A DNA stretch of 64,000 bases, from positions 868,001-932,000 of the forward strand of contig JAKIMF020000005.1 of NCBI GenBank assembly GCA_022605425.2. The letters are read 5' to 3'. Origin of the DNA: Hamiltosporidium tvaerminnensis FI-OER-3-3 (taxonomy: Eukaryota; Fungi; Microsporidia). Each line of letters begins with the position of its first letter. The stretch's first letter is position 1. The translations under genes were made by a program, and so were the position numbers. The notes under the pieces are model-generated. The model saw nothing but the letters and a program-made list of their open reading frames with translations, had not been told where the DNA came from and searched no databases. Positions 34,401 to 48,061 of the stretch are shown here, in pieces.

Positions 34401-37400
34401 ATTTTATTGCCAGCCAGCCAGCCAGAGATTTTAATTTATGAATCTACAAATTTTTATTTTTATATTTCTACAGTGGTTAAATGTGAGGTTTAAAAGAGAA
34501 ATTTTCATTTTTTATTTTAATGGATTGTTCAATATAACAAACGATTTTAAAAAGTCATTATTGTTCTATTACAGAAATATTTTTATTAGAAGAGTTCATT
34601 GATTCCTTGGGTTCTTTGCATCATATTCGAAATATTCTTTTTTATATAAATTTTATTTAATAGTTATAACATGAATATAGACAACATATGCGTTATTTAT
34701 TGTTATTTGTAACGAAATTAAGAATAATAGATTTTTTCTATCTTACAAAATTTAAGGAAATTAAATGATACACGTGCTAATACTAGAGCACAATAAATTT
34801 AGTGATGTTTAATTAAAGAACTTTGAAGCCTTTAGATATGGCTTTTATATTTTTCTTTTCTTTCTTTTAACAATATTATCATTCAAGTTAAGATAAAAAT
34901 TAATCCTTGGATCGAGCAAATAAGAAATATTCTCAATAGAATCAATGAAGAATCATTATTTTATGTTTATAATGAAGATTCAATATCAACTTTTGAAATC
35001 CCTTTTATTCTGTAACTAGTAATATCTTTAAAATAATTAAAACCAAATTTCGGTTATTTTCCTATATCTTCTCGAGGTTACCTCATAAATATGCTTATCT
35101 TCTTTAAATTTTTAGTGTGCGAAAAACAAATCTTATGTGAAACAAAATGAATTTGATTTAAATATATAATTGCAAATTTTAAACCAATCAAAAAAAAAAT
35201 AGCGAAATTTATTGAATATGTGTAAAGGTTTGGGGTATATATTTTTTTAAAATAAAATTTTCGTGAATTCATTGTATGGAACTCATATTTAAAATTATAG
35301 ACATATTTTAAAAATTAATGTTACATGATCTGAGTAATGAATTTAATATTAAATAGGTGCTCAAAAGTTTTTTTTAACAAACAAAATAAAAAATTTGGAG
35401 TAATACAATAGTTCTAGATTGCTGTTTAAAAGTACATTTTTGTTTATATAATGAACATAGACACTTTAACGTTTTATGGGTATATAATCTCAGAAAAGTG
35501 ATAACGGAAATCATCTTATAACGTTTTTTTTAAAAATTCATATTACTTTTTTTTAAAATTATATATAAATCAAAAAAACATGATTCGAAGCTAGAAATTA
35601 ATTATTCCATGAAATCGGCTGAACTTTAGATGAAAATGAATAGCCATAGGCTGCGCCACGCCTAAATATCATGTACGAACTGTATAAAATGTTGAAATAG
35701 ATTTACATGTTTTTCTTATATGTGGTGTATTCTAATTCAGAAAAAGAAAGGGCATATGTGGAAGTGCTTTAATGTTATTCTGTGAGAAAAATGCCGATAG
35801 TATATGTATGATGATTCGTTTTATAATATGTAATAAGCAACGGCACATAAATTTTTAATTTTGATTTCTCGACTTTTATTTGTAACTTTAAAACGAATCT
35901 CTATAAATATCATATAGGTGTATCAATTAGAAGAAGGGTGGAGCAAGGATAACGATTGCTTTTCTGAAAATAACAGATTTTTAGAAATTTTATTGCAAAA
36001 TTAAAGCGCTATTAATTTTTTTTTCTTTTGAATTAACGAATTAATTTTAAAAAGGTTGGTTTAAAACCAGTCTTTTCATTCCTCCATTTCAATCAAAAAG
36101 CTATCTATACCCAATCTAATTAACTAAGCGTCGAAAAATATAAATTAATCATAAATAAAAATATTTTACATGTATGGTTTGCAGGGAAACCAATGGGTTA
36201 TCTAAGCATGTTATTTTTATGTTTCCACATAAATTAGTTAAAAAATCTAGATTTTTTCGTGTAGCAGAATTCTTCAAATAAATAATAAAATATATTTGAG
36301 CAATAAAACAAACTAGGAAAAATCTTAAAAACTAGTTTTTCGCGAAAATATCTAATAGAACAACTTTCTAAAACTTAAAATATTTTCTGCAAAGTTCCAA
36401 TGTCCCGTAACTACCTAAAGTTGCTAGTTTTGTCCATGTTTGCAATGCTACAAATATGAATAAAAAAATGATACCAGTCAGGAATTAAAAAAATATGGGA
36501 GATTTGCACCTATTTCTCTGTATTCACTGAGAAAAATCATGTGGTTTTAAAATTGTTCACGGTGTTTTGATGAAGTTTGAAAGCACAAGATGCATGTTTG
36601 GAAAGATTGCCACTGCCATACCCAATTTAGTTTCATTCAAAATAAAAAACAATTTGCATATTAAAAACGTATGATAATGTATAAAATGTGGTCTGGTATC
36701 ATCAATACCGTTAGCAGTTGTATTTTTATTCTGCAAAGAAAAAATAATGGCTTTGAAACTAAAGCTTTTTAAAGCCTTACTTATAAAAAATATCATTTAT
36801 TTACTGAAGTGCATCAGAATATTGTAAATGTGTAAATTTTCTTTTAAAAAAGAATTTTATAGTTTCAATATTATTTGAGATCCATAATAATGATATTTAA
36901 TGGGGAAATCTGAAAATCTTTATTCAAAACTGTAAAAGTCGGAGCATAAGTAATACAAATCAAAAGGCTTCTCTTTTAATGTAGGAAAAAAAACTCTATT
37001 TAATAAATTTCGTGTATTATTAAAATGAAGGTTGTTTTACCCCATGATATGCAAATATATCTTCTATTATGTGCAAGAAAATTTGAAAGAGAACATTAAT
37101 GTACTTTTACATACTTTAAAAAAAAATAATGGGAAGAAATTCCAACATACAAATTTTTTAACAATTATTTTTTTTACAAAGAATCAGCTTTTATCAGAAT
37201 TTCTTTGAATTTTAAAGAGCAATCAAATTTTTCTTTCGAATTCAAAAATTTACCAACTGATTTTTTAGTTTTCAAAGCCTTGTTATTTACTAGAAGACAT
37301 TTCTAGAATTATATGCCTCTCGATTTTCGGAAATAAGCAAACGTATTTATGGTTTTTTAGAGAAAAATTTGTATTCCATAAGCATAGTTATTGTTCATAG

Positions 37401-40400
37401 CTAATCTTTCTCATGAAACATCTAAAAACCAAAACATAATCGAGAAGGCAGATAAAAATATAATAGAAGCATCAAAATATCCAGTACCAACCAGACACCT
37501 ATTTACGATATAAGAATAACACAGAGTATTTAAATAAAGTTTCGGGAATCGCATGAGTAATTTATTCGGTTTTTTTTGGTGCTTGACAATTAATAGAATA
37601 TTCCTTTTTCCATCTATAATCTGTCTTAATGATTTAGACAATTGGATTGTACTTCAGGTAAGAACTTGGTTGGGGTTAAATCTAGAAAAGAAATTTGATA
37701 TGAAAGATGCTACGCGTAAAAAGATTCGAGATAAAAACGAGGCAAAAATAAAAGAAATAGACAAAGATTACATAAATTGAATTTGTTAAAGATATTTAAA
37801 CCAGATTAAAACCTAAAACATAATTTGAATATATATTTAAACAAGATTGAAACTTATAACATAATTTGAATAAATATTCTTAGTATAACCATATGTGATA
37901 GAACACGCTATCGTGATATAAAAATCTTATTTAGTCTTTTAAAAAAAATTTGTCATTTATTTTTACATTATGATGAATGTGAAAAAAGTAAAATACAAAT
38001 AATGAAGTTTAGCACACATTCGTAAAAAATATTTTCTAAGCTGAAAAATGTTCTAACAAATGGTCTAATTAAACACAAATATATTTTTGGTTAACAATAT
38101 ATGCAATTACTTCACTATAATAAAACAAAAACCTAACTAGTAAGTTTATAAATAATCTATTTAAGAAAATCCAAATTGATCGTAATCGTTGACTTTTGAA
38201 ATTTAATCTTCTATGAACTCTGCTTTTAATATTTTGTAATAGATAGTTCAATAAATCCAGTATGTTTTCAACGATTTTAATATTTTGAACATATAGATAA
38301 ATTAATATTTTAATCATTATTTTTTCAGTGAAATCTGCGGACAACTTTCTAAACAAAATTTTTTTGTGCATTGTAGTATTCTACTACATAATTATGGGTT
38401 ATCGGAATTCTCTTATGAAATATGAAATTATATTTTATTAAAACTATATTGGTTGAAGAAAGAAAAACAAAGAATTGAAATAATAAATTAAATAAACCAT
38501 TTTATTAATAAAAACAACTCTTTATCTACACTCGTAAAAAAACCTTTACTTCGAATGATAGAGCTGCTTCTATCAAAGATACTTTTTATCTGGGTGCCTC
38601 GAGAGATTACGACAGGCATATTTACTAAAATTTAATATGCATTGATGTAGCATAAAATTTCATAAAATTGCTCGAGGCTGAAAAGCAAAAATATTTGACA
38701 AAAATAAATAAATAACAGGAAAATATATGTACCCAAATATATGTCTTATAACCAATTTATGACCGTTTAATCGTGTCGAAATTTATAATATTTGCTAGTT
38801 TAAAACAATTAAGAATTTTCAAAGAGGGGTGTGCATATTATTCCGAACAAATATATATTTGGACTTATAAAATAAGCAACAATTTCTTCTTAAATTTCTC
38901 ATACAAAACATAAGATGGGAAAAATTTTAAAATTATGTTTTTTTAAAAATAAATTTTAAAATATCATTAATAATAATGTTAAAGTAATCTTATAGATGAA
39001 TAGGGCCTCTTTTTTGCTATTTGTGTTGTATATACCTTTTTGAGACGTATGCGAAAAAAATATACAATGTTGAGAATACATATAAATATAAATTCAATCA
39101 ATAAATAATTTTTTACTCATCGGTGAAGAAAACTCTTTGAAACAAAGAAACTGGCTAATATAACTATAGAACTTGCCATTTTATGTAGGATAAGCGTAAA
39201 ACTTACAAGGCGAAATCAACTACAAATAAAATGTGTTGTGACAATATTGTTAATTTTTTAGTGTATTATGACCGCAAGTACGCTGAAATGAATAAAGATA
39301 CCAACATAATTAATTATTTGGTTTATTTATGAATCCGAAGGCAAAGTTATGCAAATAGTTTGAACAAATTCTATGCAAATTTATCAAAAAAGCTATTTTC
39401 TATAATTAATGAACCTTTAATATGGTTAATTAAATATCCAATTAAATTACTCTAAATATGACTTGATTTTCATTAAGTTTAGTTCATGCGTTTGTGTATA
39501 TGCGATAAATAAAATGCGAATCAGATTGAGAGGAAAGTGCTCTACATTTCCATTGTTTAAACTAGCAAAATAAATTCTTAGTGCTAATTTTTGGAGCAAA
39601 CATACAATTCTGCTATGCCAGATCCTTCATAAGGAAATATATCAATGTTCCAAAATAACGCAGTATAAAAAATATAATCTGCCAGGAATCCACGTAAACT
39701 AAACGAAAAGCCTTATTCAGGTTTATCAAAACTATAGGAGGCGATAAATGAAAATAAAATAAGTCTATTTAACGATTCATATAATAAAAAAATAAAATAT
39801 AGACTTCATTTAAAGTTTAATTGCTAGAAAAAACGATCGTTACGCTGGTTTATTCAATGTTATAATGATAAGAAATAAATAAGACATTTATTTGCTAAAC
39901 AGTCTTCTATTGCTAATGGGTAAAATGTAGTTAGGGTAGAAAAAAAGGTATTATCATTAAAAAACATATTTGCTAAGATTTAACTCACAAAACGTCTATT
40001 TTTGTAGTTAATTTGTGCGCTCCGAACATCTTGCTTTCTAAACGAATATAAATAAATTTTTAAAACTAATGCATTACCTCTGCTTCTAAAAATTATTGAA
40101 ATTACTCAAACAAAAACCTAAGTTTGGGAAAACTAAAAGAGGTGTAAATTCGAAATAAACCACATGATGTTTTTTAACATGCGAGAAACTGCGCATACTT
40201 ACACTCCCTGAAGCTACAATTTAATTTCTTCGGAGATGATCCCTTCAGATTTCAACTTTAAAAATCCAAAAAGCCAAGACCTTTTCTAAAGAGTCACATT
40301 TTTACTTGATGTAGTACCGAAATAATTTTAGTATTCATTTGGCAAGTTATTGTGACAAAAACCATAAAGTTAAAGAAAGAAGATTATAAAACAAATGACA

Positions 40401-42332
40401 ATAAGAATTCATATGATCGAAGATCTCAAAAAAAATCTTTAAAAATTTAACTATGGTTTGAAAAAATGTATATGCCAGTGTACAACCAAACTATATGATA
40501 CTTAAAAGCCAGCATGTCTGAAACGCCAGAATTAGCCAATAATATACGGAAAAATATGTATTAATCAAAAAAATGGTAGAATAAGAGGGTGCTCAGCTAA
40601 CGAAAAAGCAATTTCCGCTTCTTACGAGTTTTATGATAGAATCGCTGGATATTTACAAGGAAATTTTTAAGTTTTAGATAAATATCTAGATAAAGATGGT
40701 GGTTAGGATTATGTGGGCTTACTATCGAAAAATGCTGTAACGAAGCCAGATTTTTCGTGAAATAAGTTTTTGGTTCATATTTTATTTCTATTTTCGACTT
40801 CTTGATATTCAATATTTTAATAAAGAAGCTAGAAAATGTTTAGACAAAATCATTCAAACTTAAAATTTACACATGTGTTTAAATACGACTACTTGTTTAT
40901 TTAACAACGCAACATGGTGTATAAAATTTTGATTTTTTATTTCCTAATTTTTATGCATCTATTTTTGCTAGTTTATATTACAAGGAAATTTTAAATAAAA
41001 TCATACTCATTCATTTTTATTTTGTGGGTACTTGCATTTGTTCGGCAGTAATATCTTATTTTACTTAATTCTAGCAAAAGAGTACAAATTTTCAAGAGAA
41101 AAACCAATATTCTAGATTTATTTTTAAGAATTTTTGACCTAAATCATTTTACTATAGGGATATTTCTTAGTTATTTAAAAAATCTTCTTGTATTTTACAT
41201 TCTATTTGTTCTAATCCATATAGTATATCTATAATACTATAAAAACAAACATTAGATAGATTATATTACTAGTGAATGTTGCTAACGAATTCTAGAGTCT
41301 ATGATAAAATAATCATAACTTTATTTTTTTTATGAAAATCGCTATAAAGTAAAACCATTTAGGTTTAAAAATTCTCTATTTAAAACCATCTCAACAAATA
41401 TAGCGATTAAAGATAGCTTTGACCTCGTAACTACCATTTAAAGAATTTAACAACATATTTTCCTTATATGCCATATAGAAAACAAAGTTACAAAATATTC
41501 AAGGAATTTTTAATGGTTTTGGTGGCATTATATGAATTTAAAGAGAAGATTAATTTAAAAAGCAATCCGGGTTAACTTTTTGAATCTTATAGATCAGCTT
41601 ATATTGTTATATGCTTCAAATTACAGAATTTTGAATTTATGTAATTTCCACCTCAATTATATACATAGTATATGCCCGAAATAATGCTGAATCAATGTTA
41701 CTGCTCGCTTTGTTTTGATAATAATTTTTTAAATACCTCTCACTGTCTCTTTAAATTAGAAGGACGAGAAAATTCTGGTTCGATGAAAATGTTTACATAT
41801 ATAGAAAAAAAAAGGAGTAAAGATGTCCAACATGTTCAAACACCGTTAAATGTTAATTCGAACTTGTAATGCATAATTTTAAGCTGATAAAATCGGTTTG
41901 TAGAATATTTTTGGCATTGTTTCGGATAAATTATTCTATCATACACCTATTTTATAACTGCACAAAATTTTCCAACAAAATGCGAATAAATGTCTATATT
42001 TAGTTATTAGAGAACTATATAGTAGATTTTATCTTTGAAACTTTGATAGAAGCTCAGTGAAGCATTAACAAAAAATACAAGTAGTGTAAAAAATTATCTT
42101 GATTCCTAGATAAGTATTAAATAATACTACTCTAAAAAATAAAAGATTGTCTTATTGAGTCAAAGGCCTAGACTTCTCTCAAAATAAATTAAATATTTAA
42201 ATCTTTGTATTATGAAAGAGTTATATCAAAACAGAAGGTATAATTACATGTTAATTCAGCAATTTCGATTAGGATAATAAAGGAGTTCTGCAGGCGAACA
42301 CTACTGCTGTCTAATAACGTTGTAAACGTATT

Positions 42333-45300
42333 TAACACACATGAGAATATATCTAGTTAAAAGCCTTTTTTACAAATCAGATCTGCTCGTTCCGATGACT
42401 AGTACTAGATAAAGAAACGCGGTCGCCTTGTTATTTTTAAATGCACATAGAAACTAACATGTTTAAAACCAAAAATTACTTTATAATCTCACAACATTAT
42501 TAATTTTATTAGAAAGATTTTGTAATAAGATCGAATAACTTTTATATAAACAACTGCCAAATATACAAAATTAAAAAAGTTTTCGGATATTTTATTAAAA
42601 TGTAGTATAATATATACACGATTGTATATTTCGTATATAAGTAAACAGTAGGATTATTATCTATAAGAATTTTTCTATCTGACTATTCAGCCCCTTCGAT
42701 TTCAACCAAAACTATTTATTTCTATAAGATATTTTGCTTTTATATATTGTAATCATATCTATGTAATTTATAGATAAAATAACACCATCCATAATTACTC
42801 TTATATTTTAATTTTATAAAAAAATTTCGAATATATAGTGAATATAAAGAATGTAACATAAATAAAGTTTGAATGCGTTATGCTAAAGTAAAAATGTTCC
42901 GTTTTATGGCTTAATCATAGGCTAGACAGTTGTTTTACTTCGATTAAAATGTTCATTTTTTATATATTTGAGAAGGTACAGGAATATTCTCACCATGAAA
43001 TACGGCTTTAAACCTTGAAAATTGTGGTATATATGTAAACTTATACGTTAGAATAAGATAAATTACACCATGATGAATGTACAATATTTAGTTATTAAGG
43101 GCTTTATAGCCTTAATATACGACATTTATATTAAAATATTTTTTTTTGTTTATAAAATTATTAATTTTAAAGTTGTATATTTTGAATTGTTTTTTGTTCT
43201 TAATATCTCGGAATATCCGTCTTTTTCGATCTGATATCTGATTAATACAAGGCACATATAAGTCATCTTTATTGGTTTCTGTTACAATTTATTTATGCTA
43301 TGATTGGGAATGTGTTTTAAATATTGGTAAAAACGGCATTCCAAAGTGAATTTAGATCACGAAAACTTTTTTAAATTAAACAGAAAATATATCTTATTCT
43401 TACTTTATAAAGAAGAAAATTCGATTCTAATTTATAAAATTTCAGTAAGTGATTTACTTCTTTACTGCTAGTTGAAGTATAAAATTATTATGATTAACGA
43501 AATGAAATTTTTCGTTAGACCATGTAATATTTTGATAAATTGTTAATGTTCTTCTAATTCTTTATTGTTTCTCAATTTTTTATACCTTTATTTTATTCTG
43601 AAAAAATTGTGTCCGTATTTATTATTTTGATGAAACAAAATTTTTTTCGCTTGGATATAATATAATAGACATTAACTAACCTATTCTTAAATTGTTTATA
43701 ATTATTATTGTTCAAACCGAAACAAGAAATTTGGTTTTATATTGTACTTACAATACTCTGTACGTTTTTTTGATAGCATTCTATACATCATAGTCATTTA
43801 ATTGTAAGCTTCAATGGAAGTTGAATAGAAAACCAATATAAATTACAAAACAAAATTTTACGAATCATTTATAATTAAATATTGCAGTTTTCTATATTTT
43901 TTTTATGGAATAAAAGATTCCATTATGATTTCCAAAACCTATTATTTAAAAACTTCAGCTGATGGTAAATTTAAGAAAAGTAACATTCATTCTATAGTTA
44001 AAGACGTTTATTTCTAATATATTTGAATTGAAATATTTTATATAATTCTGGCTCGTATATATTTGCGGTTTATTTAGCTTGTATTTCATATTCCTTATGC
44101 CTGTGGATTTATATTTTTGTAAAAATTTGTAATTTAACTAACTTTATTCAAGTTTTAGTATGAATATTACATAAAAATTAAAGATATAGATTAAAAATTG
44201 TGTGTATTATTTTATCTTGCAGAATATTGCAGAATTAACATTAATTAAGCTCATCGAAGTTAAAAAAAAAAAGAGGAGGTTATATATGGGTTAACATCTA
44301 TTTAGATTGGAAAAATTTTCTGTTTTAAGAAACATTCACACAATGACTTAAATTCGAATGTAGTGGAATAAAAGATTGTGGTTTACGCAAAAAATTGCTA
44401 CCAGTTGTGAAATGATTAAAACAGTGGCTGTTCATATACTGTGACGCGATTTAATAAATATATATGTTGTAAAGTCTTTTTTATTTCGTTTATATTTATG
44501 AATTTTTCCGTTAATTGAACTAAAACAATATTTTTCGATTAATTTATAGTCATATTACTATATGTTAATCATTTTAAAAACAATTTTAATATCTGTTAAT
44601 ATTATTTTATCATTTTGGCATTAATTACCATAAAATTCATATAAATATAATGATTTTTAAGATTTTTAAATTATATAATATAACATTAAAAATATATTGT
44701 TCTAAAATCAATTTAAACCCCATTATATTATAGAAAAATATGCATTCCTTGTGACAAATCATGTTGACTGCTTGCTATATTTTTCTAAAGATAATCCAAT
44801 AGGTTTTTTACTATTGCCAAAAGGGTATAATCATCCAATTATTGTATATTTTCATAATTTTTAGAATTGTGCTAACTTAAAATTCATATTCAAATTTAAT
44901 TTTTTTTCATAAAAATAGAACTTTTGAACCATTATAACATAAACTTCAATCATTAGAAGTTAATACTTTTGCTTATTATCTACTTTATTTTTTATTGTCT
45001 TTGTTCAATCTATTGAATTAATTTTATATTTCTAGTATATCTTTCTTTTTAATGTAATTTGGTAACTCTGTAGTGCCAAGAATCTATTATTTTTATATAA
45101 TACAAAAATTTCACTCAATTCATTCTTTTATTTTAATATATTTGTTTTTCTAAATTTTCTTAATATTAGATCCGTTAAGTGATAACTTAAAAATCCAATT
45201 TTTCAATGGTTAACAAAAAATTTTTTAATCATTACCAAACAGAAATTTATGCTTGATACTGATTTGAGATCCAAAAATTAAAATTTTAGAATTTTATAAA

Positions 45301-46046
45301 TGATGCTTGTCTATCTATTTTAAACATTTGAATTATTAAATCTACCATTATTTTTTTGAGTAAATTATTATTGGCAAATATAGAGGCATATTTTGCTTTT
45401 TCTTTTCTATATAGTTATATTCACGATTCAAAACTTAGCAAATATATTATATTAACGTTATAGAAAAATCTCAAATTTTATTTAATGTTCAATAAATAAA
45501 GCCACTAGTATATTGTTTTATTCATCTCATAAATTTTTTTTTTTAAAATTTTTTATATATCCTTTAAAGTATTTTCGCGCATCGTCGTCTATCTTTTATT
45601 TGAACAAAGAGATGCTAGTTAAGAAATTTTTTCTATAATGTGTACATACATTATTTTTTACAGCAATATATGGAACTATATTTATTATTTTTTTTATTTA
45701 TATGTTATCTAAGATTGGCAAATATATTCTTTTTTTTGAATTTATAATTCAAATGATTAAAAGGTTAAGATCTTCGGCCATTTTAATATTCTAAACATGA
45801 ATACATTAATTCTGTGATTTTATATATTTTTATAAATTTAAATTTTGATGTTATATCTGGTATTTTAACAGATTTGGATATTTAAATATGTAGTCTATTA
45901 GACCGTTATAATTTTCAATCTTTCTAGCATCTAGAAATTAATGGAAATATATATAATTCGTTAAAGTAAAAAATTATCGTTATTCGAACATTCCTTTAAT
46001 TTATTAATGAAAAACAATTTGTGAATATTAAAAAGTTTGCGTTTCT
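42333..46046 (-). repeat. Right inner arm of nested inverted repeat (partner 21212-24923)
   Basis: Reverse complement of 21212-24923; coordinate sum 67256-67258. Confidence 0.95.
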
Positions 46047-46633
46047 GATAAATAAAATTCGGCTTTATTGATAAAAAGTTTTCAGCACTACTCGTTGTAT
46101 TGTTTTTAAAGGGAAACTAAGCTATTCATTTCCATACCATGCACCACACTCAAAAACAAAAATCCAATAAAACCGACCCGACTGTGTACAGCCACCATAT
46201 CCACATTTGGACTTCGGTTCTAGAAGGTCACATAAAAATCCCTAAAATCCCCACTCATTAACGTCCGGCGTAGTCTTCACATATATTTTGATTTGTTAGT
46301 CTTTAACTGTGCCGGACAATTTGCTGAGCCCAGGCTTGCCACCCCTTCCAGGCACTTTTTTACCTTTCTTTTCCTTAGTATAGAAGATTTCAAAAAATTT
46401 GATTCCTAATGGAATCTTCGATCCAATCACATTCGGTAGACTCATCTTGATGTTAAGTGGGTTTGCTCGACAGTGCCTGGTAAACCGAGAATTCTTGGTC
46501 GCGTGTTTACCTTTTGTTGCCCCGAAATTGCTCACCTTGGCACTGCTCCCGTTGACGGCGCTTACGCCCGTAACTTGTCTCGTCTACTACCGTGGGTTTT
46601 GTGTCCTCTTGCGTTCCCGACCCGGGGTGGTGA
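46047..46633 (-). mobile_element. 587-bp GC-rich insertion unique to the right arm, with a possible 3-bp TSD
   Basis: The left arm shows the empty site ...TAAAGAAACG... (~21210-21219). The right arm has TCT at 46044-46046 and at 46634-46636 flanking the insert. AATAAA occurs near its minus-strand 3' end. Confidence 0.7.
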
Positions 46634-47119
46634 TCTTTCAAATAATATATAAATGTAGGCAAAATTTTGCTGTAAAAGTCTTAGATTTAAAATTTTAAAA
46701 ACTTTGAAGCCGAGGAAAAATTAATAGGTAAATACTAAATTTTTCTCAATTAGAAATCTCGTACTGAAATAAAAAAATAGTTTTTGCTTATATATAAAGG
46801 AACAAATATATTTAAAATCAAGTGGTAATATAGAAATTTCTACGCCTACATAGGACTTTTAATTTTTAAAATAATTATTTATTACATATCTGGTATGTGC
46901 CTTCTTATAAGTAAGAGCTAGTGGAATTTATTTAAATGCCACATAAATGTCTAATGTTAAAAAAGAAAATGCATTTTTTTGCTTAGATCCTAATCTTGTA
47001 AGAAACGCTAAAATGTTTCATTTCTTTTTTTACCCAATTTAATTTTTTCATTTTGAAATAGTTTTTTTGTTTACTTTTTTTTAGTTTTATTACTTTTTAA
47101 TCCTTTATCTTTTGTTGTT

Positions 47120-47423
47120 TGATCACTCTTGGCGTTACCCAACGAGAACCACGTGGAGGTGGTGATCATCTCTCGTCATGAGTGCTTGCTAGCCTCATCC
47201 ACTCGCGATCTTGTGGATTACAGCTGCAGCACCCAAGCACGTCGTCTTCATGCTAGATAGTACAGTAGGGCCACGTTGAAGCTTAGAGGCCTTCAGCTCT
47301 TCCGTGCCAGGACGTTGCTTAGCCCGTACCTTACCAGATATAGGCACGACAAGAGGTCCTGCAGATTCGTTCCTTTCGTACTAGCATCTGCTCCCTTAGT
47401 ACCGTAGCAGTAGTGTAAAACTA

Positions 47424-47461
<38 letters not shown>

Positions 47462-47565
47462 TGTTAGTGGGTGAACAATCCAACACTAGGTGCCTTCTGC
47501 TGCACCATGATAGGAAGAGCCGACATCGAAGAATCAAAAAGCAGCGTCGCTATGGTCGCTCGGCT

Positions 47566-47597
<32 letters not shown>

Positions 47598-47873
47598 ACG
47601 TCACCCATTGCTAGATGCTCTGTAAGCAATGGGATCGCTAGGCCTGGGTTTCCCCTCGTATTACCGTGTAGTAATACGTCAGGGTGGCTTTTGCCCTTGG
47701 ACTACACCCTCGGTTTCTCTCCGAAGTTAGCCACCCTTAGGCCATCTGCGTTGTAGTCTAGCAGATGTACCGCCCCAGTCAAACTCCCCATCTGACAAAT
47801 ACGGGTCGCTTGCACAGCTAGTGGTCTTTCAGTTGCCCCACCTTGCTACAGCTGCACAAGACCCCGGCGTCAC

Positions 47874-47910
<37 letters not shown>

Positions 47911-48007
47911 GCATAGCCAAGACCGTTCCCTTGGCTCGTGGGTTCGCAGGTTGTTAGTCGGGACAGTGGGAATCTCGTTGCTCCTTTCGTGCGCGTCACT
48001 AATTAGG

Positions 48008-48061
<54 letters not shown>

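Noticed and set aside
34409-34425. (GCCA)4 microsatellite and a ~42-bp duplication at ~37805-37880
   Set aside because: Ordinary slippage repeats with no supporting context.
24924-42332. Interstitial telomere repeats as evidence of chromosome-end fusion
   Set aside because: Only isolated TTAGGG words (e.g. ~25982, ~39931) and no array seen, so fusion is not directly supported.
31500-42332. Short AT-rich ORFs (64-100 aa) and coding-like patches in the core (e.g. 37411-37780, 40400-40800)
   Set aside because: No recognisable domains; probably chance ORFs or unidentifiable pseudogene debris.
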